Origin: Candidatus Poseidoniaceae archaeon
Lineage (GTDB): Archaea > Thermoplasmatota > Poseidoniia > Poseidoniales > Poseidoniaceae
Reading direction: 5' to 3'
Assembly: GCA_964228815.1 (NCBI GenBank)
Contig: CAXRAL010000015.1
Location: 1 to 63,148, forward strand
DNA: 63,148 nt
Part shown: one piece after another, positions 1-8,387 of the stretch
Position numbering within the stretch: the stretch's first letter is position 1
How the letters are laid out: the number at the start of each line of letters is the position of its first letter
Notes under the pieces: model-generated
Seen by the model: the letters and a program-made list of their open reading frames with translations, nothing else
Told to the model about the DNA's origin: nothing
Database searches by the model: none
Made by a program: the position numbers and the translations under genes

Positions 1-68
1 TATTGACCAAGAGTTATACCACAGCCCCATGACGGAAGGCCGTAGCCAACCTTTGGCACGGTGAAACC

Positions 69-1316
69 ATGAAGTATCAACTCAAGTGCCTGAAGACAGG
101 CGACCTTCTCAACGACAACTACACGCTTCACTATACGGACAATGCACTGCTTCAGGCGGTCTACCACGAACCGTTCGAACTCCAACCCGATGAAGAAGGG
201 GTTTGGCAATTCCTGTCGTGGCTGCCCGTTTCGCAGCCCAACGACTACGTCGCCGGCACCGTAACCTACCGGGCTGAAGCCCTGGGCGAAGCGATGGGTC
301 TCTCCAACCTCTGGGTGACCTACCACGGCTACTGGCCCGAGAAGGGTGGGCTCTGCCCCACGGGGAGCTTCAAGGACATGGAAGCGGTTCCGACCATCCA
401 GCGCATGCACGATCACGGCTGCAAGGGCCTCATCTGTGCCAGTGCCGGCAACACGGCCCGCGCCTTCACGCACTTCTGTGGTCTCGACGGCACGCCGCTC
501 ATCGTGGTCGTGGGCAAGGACCACGGCCATCGCATCTGGGCGCGTCCAGAGAACAACGCTGAGAGCGTCCGTGTCGTCGTGGTTGAAGACGGTGATTACT
601 ACGACGCCAAAACCGTCGCCAAGGGGATTGCTGCGCAACTCCCGGGATGGCAAATGGAGGGCAGCGTCCACAACGTCGCTCGTCGTGACGGCATTGGCAG
701 TTTGATGATTGACGCCGCCTTCACCATCGGCGGCTTGCCCGACCACTACTTTCAGGGCATTGGCGGCGGGCCCGGCCCCATCGGCATTCACGAAATGGCG
801 GAGCGCCTCACCGAAGCCGGCTTGTTTGAAGGCCCTGCACCACGCCAGCACGTGTCACAGAACCTCGAGCATCACCCCATCCACAACGCTTGGCAAGCGG
901 GGCGCGACCACCTCGTGCCCGACGATTTCCCCCCTGAGGATGTGGAGGTGTATTCCGACTACCTGCTCAACAAGGGCCCGGCCTACGGCCAGGTGGGCGC
1001 CGTCCACGACATCCTCAAAGGCTCCAACGGTCAAACCTACATCGTAGAAGAAGCGGCTGCCGTGGAGGCGAGAGAGATGATCGAATCCATCGAGGGCATT
1101 GACATCATGACCCCCGGTGCCGTGGCCGCTGCGAGTTTGTTGCAGGCGGTTGAATCCGGCGAGGTCAACAAAGACGACTGCATTCTGTTGAACATCAGCG
1201 GTGGCGGCGTGGACCGGCTCAAGGCGGACCTTGAAACGCGGGTGGTGGAGCCGTGGTTGCGTGTCTCCAAAGCCAACGGCGTGAACGCCATTCTTGAGAA
1301 ACTCGCCAGTGAATGA
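69..1316 (+). CDS. Threonine synthase-like PLP-dependent enzyme (ThrC / cysteate synthase family)
   Basis: 415-aa ORF. Fold-type II PLP signature with the Schiff-base lysine in CPTGSFKDMEAVP, plus glycine loops ASAGNTARAF and LNISGGG. Substrate cannot be inferred from sequence alone. Confidence 0.65.
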   Translation: MKYQLKCLKTGDLLNDNYTLHYTDNALLQAVYHEPFELQPDEEGVWQFLSWLPVSQPNDYVAGTVTYRAEALGEAMGLSNLWVTYHGYWPEKGGLCPTGSFKDMEAVPTIQRMHDHGCKGLICASAGNTARAFTHFCGLDGTPLIVVVGKDHGHRIWARPENNAESVRVVVVEDGDYYDAKTVAKGIAAQLPGWQMEGSVHNVARRDGIGSLMIDAAFTIGGLPDHYFQGIGGGPGPIGIHEMAERLTEAGLFEGPAPRQHVSQNLEHHPIHNAWQAGRDHLVPDDFPPEDVEVYSDYLLNKGPAYGQVGAVHDILKGSNGQTYIVEEAAAVEAREMIESIEGIDIMTPGAVAAASLLQAVESGEVNKDDCILLNISGGGVDRLKADLETRVVEPWLRVSKANGVNAILEKLASE

Positions 1317-1373
1317 ACCACCGGTGTTCGGGCGCAGGTTCAAAGAAGGTGCTTCCTTAGGTGCAGGTGAGGC

Positions 1374-1697
1374 GTGGCCATGGTTGAAGCGGCGTGGATT
1401 GAAGCAGAGGTGCTCAAAGCCGTCCCCGAAGCCACGGTTGAGGTGATCGACCTCCACGGCTCAGGCGACCATTTCCATGTGCGCGTCATCTCTGAAACCT
1501 TCGAGGGTGTTCGCCCCCTTCAGCGCCAAAAGCAGGTGCTCGCCGTCATGAAGCAGCACATCCCCCACCCCGTTCACGCGCTTGACCTCAAGTGCATGAC
1601 CCCCGCCCAAGCCGAAACGGCTGGCGACACGGCCTTTGACCCGCACGGCGGCGGGCAAGGCGTCCACATCCGCCGTATCCAGAGAAACAAGGAGTGA
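1374..1697 (+). CDS. BolA family protein
   Basis: 107-aa ORF with the BolA core GSGDHFHVRVISETFEGVRPLQRQKQV...VHALDLKCMTP. Lies immediately upstream of a CGFS glutaredoxin gene, its known functional partner. The exact start is uncertain. Confidence 0.75.
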   Translation: MAMVEAAWIEAEVLKAVPEATVEVIDLHGSGDHFHVRVISETFEGVRPLQRQKQVLAVMKQHIPHPVHALDLKCMTPAQAETAGDTAFDPHGGGQGVHIRRIQRNKE

Positions 1698-1702
1698 ACC
1701 CC

Positions 1703-2023
1703 ATGAATTGGACCCCAGAAGAACTGCAAAGCCTCGTCGATGACCACCCCATTGTGCTCTTCATGAAAGGCAGCCCCAACCAACCCCAGTGCGGCTTTTC
1801 CAACCGAGCAGCGCAAGTGCTCCAAAGCCTCGGTGAGGAATTCGCCTCGGTGAACGTCCTCAGCGATCAGCGAGCCATTCCTTCCATCTGTGCTTGGTCC
1901 GACTTCCCAACCATGCCTCAGGTGTTCGTCCACGGCGAACTCATCGGCGGGTCGGACATCGCCCTCGAGATGTTGCAGTACGGCAGTCTTCGTGAGATGT
2001 TTGACGCCGGTCGCCAGGCTTGA
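1703..2023 (+). CDS. grxD: Monothiol (CGFS) glutaredoxin, Grx4/GrxD type
   Basis: Active site in VLFMKGSPNQPQCGFSNRAAQVL and C-terminal GELIGGSDI. The ORF track starts at GTG 1694, but ATG 1703 sits 8 nt after a GGAG (1691-1694), so it is preferred. Confidence 0.85.
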   Translation: MNWTPEELQSLVDDHPIVLFMKGSPNQPQCGFSNRAAQVLQSLGEEFASVNVLSDQRAIPSICAWSDFPTMPQVFVHGELIGGSDIALEMLQYGSLREMFDAGRQA

Positions 2024-2026
2024 CCG

Positions 2027-2662
2027 TCAGTTTTTGTCGTCGTCAAGCTTCAGCTCGCGCGCCCTCTTCATGGCGTCTTCATCGGTGAACCAAAACGTCG
2101 GCGTTTCTCCCAGATCTTTGTCCCACTGTTGAACGGCGCGGGCAAACATCTCGCCTTCGGTGTATGATTTGCACCACTTGAGGTACCAGTCGATCTGTTC
2201 TTTCATCTCTTCTTCATCATCGCCGAGTTGGCGCTTGAGGGTCTCTGCTTGAAGGGCAAAGAGAACGAGCCAGATGGGTGAAAGAGCGTAGGTGGCAAAC
2301 GGGTTTCGTTCGGTGTCGACGTTGCGCCATTCTGTCCACAGGGAGAACACCTGATCGTAGAGGAAGCCAACGGTGAACACACCAAACATCACCGCCATGA
2401 AAATGGTGACCAAACCGACATAGGTGAGAGGGATGCCGAAGAGTTCGGAATCGAAACAGAACACACCGTCGCCGCAACCGGGCTCGAAGCGCCAACGCAA
2501 GTAGGGCCAGACCAGGAGCGTGATGGTGGTTCCCCACAGAAGGAGGCTGACCACCGCTTGGGATTGCTGCATTCGCCAATACTGGCGCATCACCCATTTT
2601 TTGAAGAACGAGGGGTTCCCCGAAGGCTCATCCATGACCACAAGCCTCGGTCCATCATACAT
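2027..2662 (-). CDS. Hypothetical membrane protein (about 3 TM helices, acidic C-terminal region)
   Basis: Long ORF 2027-2863. Start trimmed to ATG 2662 (MYDGPRLVV...) because the upstream part would overlap the divergent gene at 2766. Hydrophobic segments AVVSLLLWGTTITLLVW, LVTIFMAVMFGVFTVGFLY and IWLVLFAL. No recognisable family. Confidence 0.5.
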   Translation of the reverse strand: MYDGPRLVVMDEPSGNPSFFKKWVMRQYWRMQQSQAVVSLLLWGTTITLLVWPYLRWRFEPGCGDGVFCFDSELFGIPLTYVGLVTIFMAVMFGVFTVGFLYDQVFSLWTEWRNVDTERNPFATYALSPIWLVLFALQAETLKRQLGDDEEEMKEQIDWYLKWCKSYTEGEMFARAVQQWDKDLGETPTFWFTDEDAMKRARELKLDDDKN

Positions 2663-2765
2663 GAAGCAATCGCAGAAACGCCTGCTGAGGGCATGGTCTC
2701 GCTCAGCAATCCGCCGCGGCGTGCTCGCGAGCACATTATCTACGACGCCCCACCGAGGCCATTCC

Positions 2766-3050
2766 ATGGCTCGCCCTTCTCGTTGGAGTGATGAGCGAAA
2801 AGCCAACCGGGAACAGGCCGAATGGATCGTAGGCTGGCTTCGCACCAACGGCCCCGCCACCACACCAGAAATTGTTCAGGCCCTCGAGGCGGAGGGTCGA
2901 GCGGTGCGCGCTCACATTCTGCAACGGGCGCTGCGCAAGTCACCCTTTGTCCACCGCATCGGTTCCGTCGAAGGCGAGCGCGGACCGGTGAGCCGATGGG
3001 CATGGGGACTGGATGAGGACGAGGCGGCCGCTCGTGGCGGAAGTGATTGA
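2766..3050 (+). CDS. Small winged-helix-like protein (hypothetical)
   Basis: 94-aa internal start (MARPSRWSDERK...) within ORF 2520-3050. The segment WLRTNGPATTPEIVQALEAEGRAVRAHILQRALRKSPFVHRIG looks like a wHTH. Divergent from 2027-2662. Confidence 0.45.
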   Translation: MARPSRWSDERKANREQAEWIVGWLRTNGPATTPEIVQALEAEGRAVRAHILQRALRKSPFVHRIGSVEGERGPVSRWAWGLDEDEAAARGGSD

Positions 3051-3056
3051 AAGCCT

Positions 3057-4526
3057 GTGCTCCGTGGGCGAATCATGACCGAGACCACCGCGCGCACCCC
3101 CTCCAGCGGGCGTGACGCCTCGTGGTTGGTTGGCGCAGACTTGGCGGCCGTCGTCTTGGCCTTCATCGGGCAAATCATGCTCACGCACGCTTTGCTCGCC
3201 GAACATTACGGATGGATGGTGCTGGCCATCGACCTGTACGCTTCGCTGTTCTTGGTCATTGATTTGGGGCTCCCAACCTTGCTGGCGCGGGACGGCACGC
3301 GGGCTCCTTCTCTTGTTCCAGCCGCCGTGTGGCGCACGTACCGCTGGCAAGCCATGGCGGCCTTGCCGTTTGTGTTCCTTGCGCTGGTCGCTCGACCCGA
3401 AGCGTGGCTGAACGTTGAGGCACCGGCGACATTGCTCCTGTTGGCAGCGCTGATCGCGCTCGTCCACGTCGCCTCCTATGCGCCGCGTTCAGGCTTGCGT
3501 GTGCTGGGTGAGGCGCGACTGGAGGCGTTGACCAAGGTCGCCGAACGGGGCGTGACGGTCGTCGCTTACGGCGCCTTGGTGTGGCAGGGGTCCACTTCAG
3601 CGACGGCGTTTACGGCTGCGTTTCTCGGGGGGGCCATCACTGGATGGGCTCTGGCGTTGTGGTGGTTGCTTCGAGTGGCTCCACCAGCCCAACGTGTTGA
3701 CTGGGGGCGATTGGGCGAGGCTTGGGTTTCGCCTCGTGCCCTCATGATGTCGGCCCTTCCTTTCGCCATCACCTTGGGCATCTTGCCGTACGTGATTCGA
3801 ATTGAGAAATTCATGGTGGCCGCTTCCGGCGATGCCACCCTTGGTGCGGTGTTCCACGTGGCGCAGTTGGCTTGGCTGGCCGGCTTGGTGGTGCCTGCGG
3901 CGATTCGTTCAGCCTTGTTGCCCGTTCTGGGTGCTGCACGGGATGACCCCACCCGCCATCAACGCGAGATGAACCAGGCCACGGACCTGTGTTTTGGATT
4001 GCTCCCCTACGGCTTGTTCGGTGGCTACCTCATCATGACGGTGTTTGCACCCTTGGCGTTTCCATCATCCTACCTCGACGGCACTTACGGTGCTTCGGCC
4101 GTCGACGTGTTCACCGTCCTGCTGGCCGGTTGGGCCCTCACCCTGTTGGCCACGCCAACGTACACCAGCCTCATGGCCGGGCCACGGCCCTGGCGGTTCA
4201 CGCTGTTCATCGTGCTCGTGCTGCTTGCAGCCGTCCTGTTTGGCTACGTCTTGGTGATGCAAGGACCGGCGGACCCCGGGCAGAAATTGTTCGCTGCTGC
4301 GGTGGCCAGTTCCCTCTCTGCGGGCGTGTTGCTGGTGCTTTCTTGGCACATGAGCGAGGGCTGGGCGTTGGTTCGAGGACGACAGGACGATTGGGCGCTG
4401 GCCTTGCTCGGTACGGCGTTGGTGGTGGTTGGCCTGGTGTCAGGAACCGCCTGGTGGGTGTTGGGTCTCCCGCTCTTCCTCTTCACGCAACGAGGCTGGC
4501 AAGCAGTTCGCTCCACGCTTGACTGA
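3057..4526 (+). CDS. Wzx/MATE-like polysaccharide (oligosaccharide) flippase, polytopic membrane protein
   Basis: 489-aa ORF with 12 or more hydrophobic helices. N-terminal pattern ADLAAVVLAFIGQIMLTHALLAEHYGWMVLAIDLYASLF...LPTLLARDG is typical of polysaccharide-biosynthesis (Wzx) proteins. Start is GTG 3057 or ATG 3075. Next to a glycosyltransferase gene. Confidence 0.5.
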   Translation: MLRGRIMTETTARTPSSGRDASWLVGADLAAVVLAFIGQIMLTHALLAEHYGWMVLAIDLYASLFLVIDLGLPTLLARDGTRAPSLVPAAVWRTYRWQAMAALPFVFLALVARPEAWLNVEAPATLLLLAALIALVHVASYAPRSGLRVLGEARLEALTKVAERGVTVVAYGALVWQGSTSATAFTAAFLGGAITGWALALWWLLRVAPPAQRVDWGRLGEAWVSPRALMMSALPFAITLGILPYVIRIEKFMVAASGDATLGAVFHVAQLAWLAGLVVPAAIRSALLPVLGAARDDPTRHQREMNQATDLCFGLLPYGLFGGYLIMTVFAPLAFPSSYLDGTYGASAVDVFTVLLAGWALTLLATPTYTSLMAGPRPWRFTLFIVLVLLAAVLFGYVLVMQGPADPGQKLFAAAVASSLSAGVLLVLSWHMSEGWALVRGRQDDWALALLGTALVVVGLVSGTAWWVLGLPLFLFTQRGWQAVRSTLD

Positions 4527-5577
4527 CGGTTTGCTTTGAGGCAAAGGCCAGGCGTTCTTCCACGGCCGTGTCCTCGGCCCAACCCGTCCGAAGCGCTGCT
4601 TCGATGCCGTCGGCCAGGGCTTCAGGGTCTTCGTCGCAAACCCATTCATCGGGAAGGTAGTTGCTCACTTCGCCGATGTCCACGCTGACCACGGGCGTGC
4701 CGCACAAGAGCGACTCCCTCGCCACGAGCGGGCCGGCTTCTCGTGTCGATGTGATGAGCGTGACATCGGCGGTCAGCATGCGGTCGTAGACGATATCGCG
4801 TGGTTGATGGCGCAACGAGGTGATGCCCACCATCCACCCGCGTTGCTCCAGTGCTTCACCTGTTTGAAGCGCCAACAAGTGGCGTTTCTCCGGTCGTCTT
4901 GGATCGGCGGGAAACAGGATGTCAATGGGCTCTTTTTTCCACGCTTTTTTCATCGGTGCAACCGGTCGTCGCCATTCCTTGTGAATCGCTGTTACGCAAG
5001 GAACGGTTGTCAAACGCTTCGGCGGGGAGGGAAGGCCGCTGGCGACGGTGGACAATCGGTCGGTAGCACAGACCAGAAGGTCGCACGATGCCACGGAGGC
5101 GCTGATGTTGCTTTCAACACCCTTCAGGCCGAGGCCCACGTCGAGGTCGTACCCGTGCACGACGCCGACCCATGGCACGCTCCAGCGCGTGGCGAGTCGT
5201 TGGGCAAGGTTCGCGACCGGCCAGAGCGTGTGGCACAGGATGATCTCCGGTCGCCAATTTCCCAGTTGTTTCTCCACCCATGCTGCTTTCCGGCGGACGC
5301 TGGACACCGTGAGGCGAGGGTACGGGTGGTCTGGTAGGGCGAAGAAGCGGGGGACGAGAATGTCGGTCTCGTTGTGGAGCCAACGTTTCGGGGCCTTGGC
5401 CACGCCCATCATGGTGGAGCGCCGTGCTTCAGCGTAGCGCGGCATGCGAGGGAGCGGGTTGACCACCTTCACGTCGTGACCGAGTTTGCGAAGGAGCTGA
5501 ACGTGGTCCTCAACGAAGACGCCCCGTGTTGGGTTCCTCGGAACGGGGTAGAGCAGCGAGACGACGAGAATCCGGAT
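4483..5577 (-). CDS. Glycosyltransferase family 4 (GT-B fold, GT1 clan)
   Basis: C-terminal GT-B motifs (ITSTREAGPLVARESLLCGTPVVSVDIGEVSNYL). The first canonical start is GTG 5472, but the conserved N-terminal strand RILVVSLLYPVPRNPTRGVFVEDHV is encoded in-frame upstream. The frame is open up to the rpe stop at 5590-5592. The end is set at the putative ATC start (5577); the minimal version is 4483-5472. Confidence 0.7.
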   Translation of the reverse strand: MRILVVSLLYPVPRNPTRGVFVEDHVQLLRKLGHDVKVVNPLPRMPRYAEARRSTMMGVAKAPKRWLHNETDILVPRFFALPDHPYPRLTVSSVRRKAAWVEKQLGNWRPEIILCHTLWPVANLAQRLATRWSVPWVGVVHGYDLDVGLGLKGVESNISASVASCDLLVCATDRLSTVASGLPSPPKRLTTVPCVTAIHKEWRRPVAPMKKAWKKEPIDILFPADPRRPEKRHLLALQTGEALEQRGWMVGITSLRHQPRDIVYDRMLTADVTLITSTREAGPLVARESLLCGTPVVSVDIGEVSNYLPDEWVCDEDPEALADGIEAALRTGWAEDTAVEERLAFASKQTVSQAWSELLASLVA

Positions 5578-5589
5578 GGAGATGCCTCC

Positions 5590-6261
5590 TCAGTTGAGCG
5601 CTTGATGAATGTCGGCGAGGTTCTCGGCCACGCTGGCTCGGTCGTTGAACAGGCCAGAACCGACGACGCAGTTGGTAACGCCCCAGTCGCGCAGCATGGC
5701 GATGTTGTGCGCCTTGACGCCACCGTCCACTTGGATTTGGACCGGGCGTCCACCGCTGGTCACTTGTTCCTCGATAGCAGCTGCCAAACGGCGAATTTTC
5801 GCCTCAACGTTGGGAATGAACGATTGCCCACCAAACCCGGGGTTCACGCTCATGATGAGCACCAACTCCACTTCGGTCAGCACCTCCAAGGCGGCCTCAA
5901 CGGGGGTCGCCGGGTTCAACACGACGCCGACCGTGGCGCCAGCTTGTCGAATCGCACCGAGCAGGCGGTGGAGGTGCTTGACGGCTTCAACGTGCACCGA
6001 GAGATGGTTGCAGCCTGCGTCAATGTAGTCTTGGAAGCAGGCTTCGGCGTTTTCAACCATCAGGTGAGCATCGAAAATGGCATCGGGGCCAAGCGCTTTT
6101 CGCAGGCTTCGAATCACAGGTGGGCCGAAGGTGAGGTTGGGGACGAAGTTGCCGTCCATGACGTCGAGATGAAGCCAATCAAGGCCCGCATCAATCGCTT
6201 CATTGCAGTCGGTGGCCAGGTCGGCGAGGTCGGCGGTGAGGACACTGGGTGCAATGATCAT
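5590..6261 (-). CDS. rpe: Ribulose-phosphate 3-epimerase
   Basis: Motifs IIAPSVLTADLADL, HLDVMDGNFVPNLTFGP, HLMV, MSVNPGFGGQSF and QVDGGV. Start trimmed to ATG 6261 (MIIAPS...). Confidence 0.9.
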   Translation of the reverse strand: MIIAPSVLTADLADLATDCNEAIDAGLDWLHLDVMDGNFVPNLTFGPPVIRSLRKALGPDAIFDAHLMVENAEACFQDYIDAGCNHLSVHVEAVKHLHRLLGAIRQAGATVGVVLNPATPVEAALEVLTEVELVLIMSVNPGFGGQSFIPNVEAKIRRLAAAIEEQVTSGGRPVQIQVDGGVKAHNIAMLRDWGVTNCVVGSGLFNDRASVAENLADIHQALN

Positions 6262-6378
6262 GTTATCCCTCAGGGGTTGCCAGTGGTCGCCATTTGAAGA
6301 GACTTGCCATTTTTGATGCCATCCGATTTGGCGCAAACGCCTATAATGCGTCCTCTAGACGGGGTTTTAGGTGAAGAC

Positions 6379-6708
6379 ATGGGCGAAGTGAGAAACGTCA
6401 GCGACAGCGAATTCAACGACACCGTCAATGAAACCGAATGGGTCATCGTTGACTTTTGGGCCCCGTGGTGTGCACCTTGCAAAGCCATCGGACCCGTTCT
6501 GGAAGCCGTTGCCGAGGAGCGAGAAATTCTCGTGGCCAAGGTCGACACCGAGCAGAACACCGCCACCGCCGCTCAGTTGGGCGTGCGAAGCATCCCTGCC
6601 CTCTTCATGTACCGCAACGGGACCATCGTATCTCAGAAAACGGGCAGCATGCCCAAGGCCAAACTCCTCGCCTGGATTGACGAGGTCATGACGGCCGACG
6701 ACTTCTGA
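6379..6708 (+). CDS. trxA: Thioredoxin
   Basis: VIVDFWAPWCAPCKAIGPVLE (WCxPC active site) and GVRSIPALFMYRNG. Start trimmed to ATG 6379. Confidence 0.9.
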   Translation: MGEVRNVSDSEFNDTVNETEWVIVDFWAPWCAPCKAIGPVLEAVAEEREILVAKVDTEQNTATAAQLGVRSIPALFMYRNGTIVSQKTGSMPKAKLLAWIDEVMTADDF

Positions 6709-6710
6709 GG

Positions 6711-8261
6711 TCAGGACAAGCGGCCTTTCCGCTCCTCTTGCTGCTCGCCCACATCGCGCAACAAGCGTTCTCTCAAGGCCTCGTGTAGCCACATGCCTTC
6801 CTCAAGCTCCAGCAACAATCCGTGCTTCAGCAAATTTTCTGGCGGCGTACCGTTCCAACCGACCCCACTCGCCAGCGTTTCCCAAGCGACGGGTGCTTCT
6901 GCGACAGCCAGCGTTGCCAGCAGTTCCTTTTCCTTCTCGGGCAATCGAAGGAGGATCTCCTCGTCGAGGAACCGGAGCCAATCTTTGTGCGTGGGCTGGC
7001 CGTACAATTCCAGTAATTCCATCGCAAGCGGGTGACCGCCTGTGGCGGCATGAACATCTTCCGCAGGCGGTGTTTCTCCACCTTCAAGGTTCGAGAGCCA
7101 CGCTTCGGTCGCCTCGAGGCTGAGGCCTTTGAGCGGGAGTTCGCGAACGGTGTCACGGATGTGGACATCCCGGCGGTCGTAGACGCTGAGTTCCGTGCGA
7201 GACACGAGCAGGACACGGAGCGGCCCTTTCTGGGCCAGTTGCAACAAAGAACCGAGCAGATGTCGGGCTTTCTCACTGATGTGGTGCACGTCGTCCAGCA
7301 CGATGAGCCAGTACGGCGGTGGGCCGCCAACGCTGTCTTTGAAACGCTCACGGATGGTGTTGGCGTCGGTCATGTAGGCCATCAGTCGCCGGCGCCAGGC
7401 ATCCACATCCATGTCGGCGCCGGGCGTCAGCGGTAAGGTCTCAATGATGCGATACGGGTCGTGCGTTTCGTCAATCCCAAATCGATGGAGCAGGCTGGTG
7501 GCCAGCCCCAAGGCTCGGTCCCACGGCTGGCAGGTGTACCAGCACACGGAGAGGTGCGGGTCGGTTTCCATGTGTTGCTGGAGCCAGTGCGCGATGAGCG
7601 TTGATTTTCCAATCCCGGCAATGCCGTGAACCACCATGCAGGGGTGTCGGTCAGCAAACCAAGCGTGCAGGGTGTCCAATTCAGCGTCTCGGCCATACAC
7701 CGGACGCGTGGGCGGCGGCTGGTTCGCATAGGTCGCATGAACGCCCACCAGCGGCGTCAACCGACCGGGTTCGGGCAGGTTGTCGTCGTTTGATTTCCGA
7801 ATGCTTCCGAAGCGGATATCACCGTAGGTCAGCACCCCCTCGTGTTGGGCGTGGAGAAGAATCTGCAGAAGCGTCAGATCGGTTTCGAGAAGTCCCGGGG
7901 CTTCTGAGGCCTTGACCTCCAACAATTCCCCGTCCATGTTTCGAACCAGCACTTTCGTGTCGTCCAAGGCCACCCGCCGCTGACGTGCACGAAGACGACC
8001 TTCTTCGGTCAATTGCCAGGTCTTTTGACGTCGTTCATCGCCTTGCACGGCGCGTGTGTGTTCCTCCACGAGGAGATCCTTGAGCAGGTCGCGCATCGTG
8101 CGACTCACGTTGGGTGGGTGTTGGGCGCACGCCTCGGCGATACCGGGGCGGGTGAGGGCGGGCGGAACCATGTAGCGGTCTGCCCATTCGTCGTTGGCCA
8201 GCAGGTGAAGCAACACCCTGTCTTTGGCAGCGACGTTGACCTTAGGGATGTCGCCCGCCAT
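6711..8261 (-). CDS. wHTH-fused STAND/AAA_16-type P-loop NTPase, putative signal-sensing transcription regulator
   Basis: N-terminal wHTH-like region (LTRPGIAEACAQHPPNVSRTMRDLLKDLLVEEH). Walker A VVHGIAGIGKSTL and Walker B YWLIVLDDVHHI. Helical C-terminal arm ending in a MalT-like GMWLHEALRERLL. Confidence 0.65.
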   Translation of the reverse strand: MAGDIPKVNVAAKDRVLLHLLANDEWADRYMVPPALTRPGIAEACAQHPPNVSRTMRDLLKDLLVEEHTRAVQGDERRQKTWQLTEEGRLRARQRRVALDDTKVLVRNMDGELLEVKASEAPGLLETDLTLLQILLHAQHEGVLTYGDIRFGSIRKSNDDNLPEPGRLTPLVGVHATYANQPPPTRPVYGRDAELDTLHAWFADRHPCMVVHGIAGIGKSTLIAHWLQQHMETDPHLSVCWYTCQPWDRALGLATSLLHRFGIDETHDPYRIIETLPLTPGADMDVDAWRRRLMAYMTDANTIRERFKDSVGGPPPYWLIVLDDVHHISEKARHLLGSLLQLAQKGPLRVLLVSRTELSVYDRRDVHIRDTVRELPLKGLSLEATEAWLSNLEGGETPPAEDVHAATGGHPLAMELLELYGQPTHKDWLRFLDEEILLRLPEKEKELLATLAVAEAPVAWETLASGVGWNGTPPENLLKHGLLLELEEGMWLHEALRERLLRDVGEQQEERKGRLS

Positions 8262-8387
8262 GATTTTGGCTGTCGGTTTTGATTGTTCAACGCTTGCCCC
8301 CTCCGTTCGCCGTTTTTCGTTTCTGCTGGGGACGACTGTTTACGCAACAATGCAACAACCCTTTTATTCGGATGATGATGGCGATTC

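Noticed and set aside
5374-6297. 307-aa ORF on the + strand
   Set aside because: It is entirely antisense to the well-supported rpe gene and the glycosyltransferase 5' end. The translation is low-complexity and Arg/Gly/Val-rich with no motifs. This is a typical spurious antisense ORF of GC-rich DNA.
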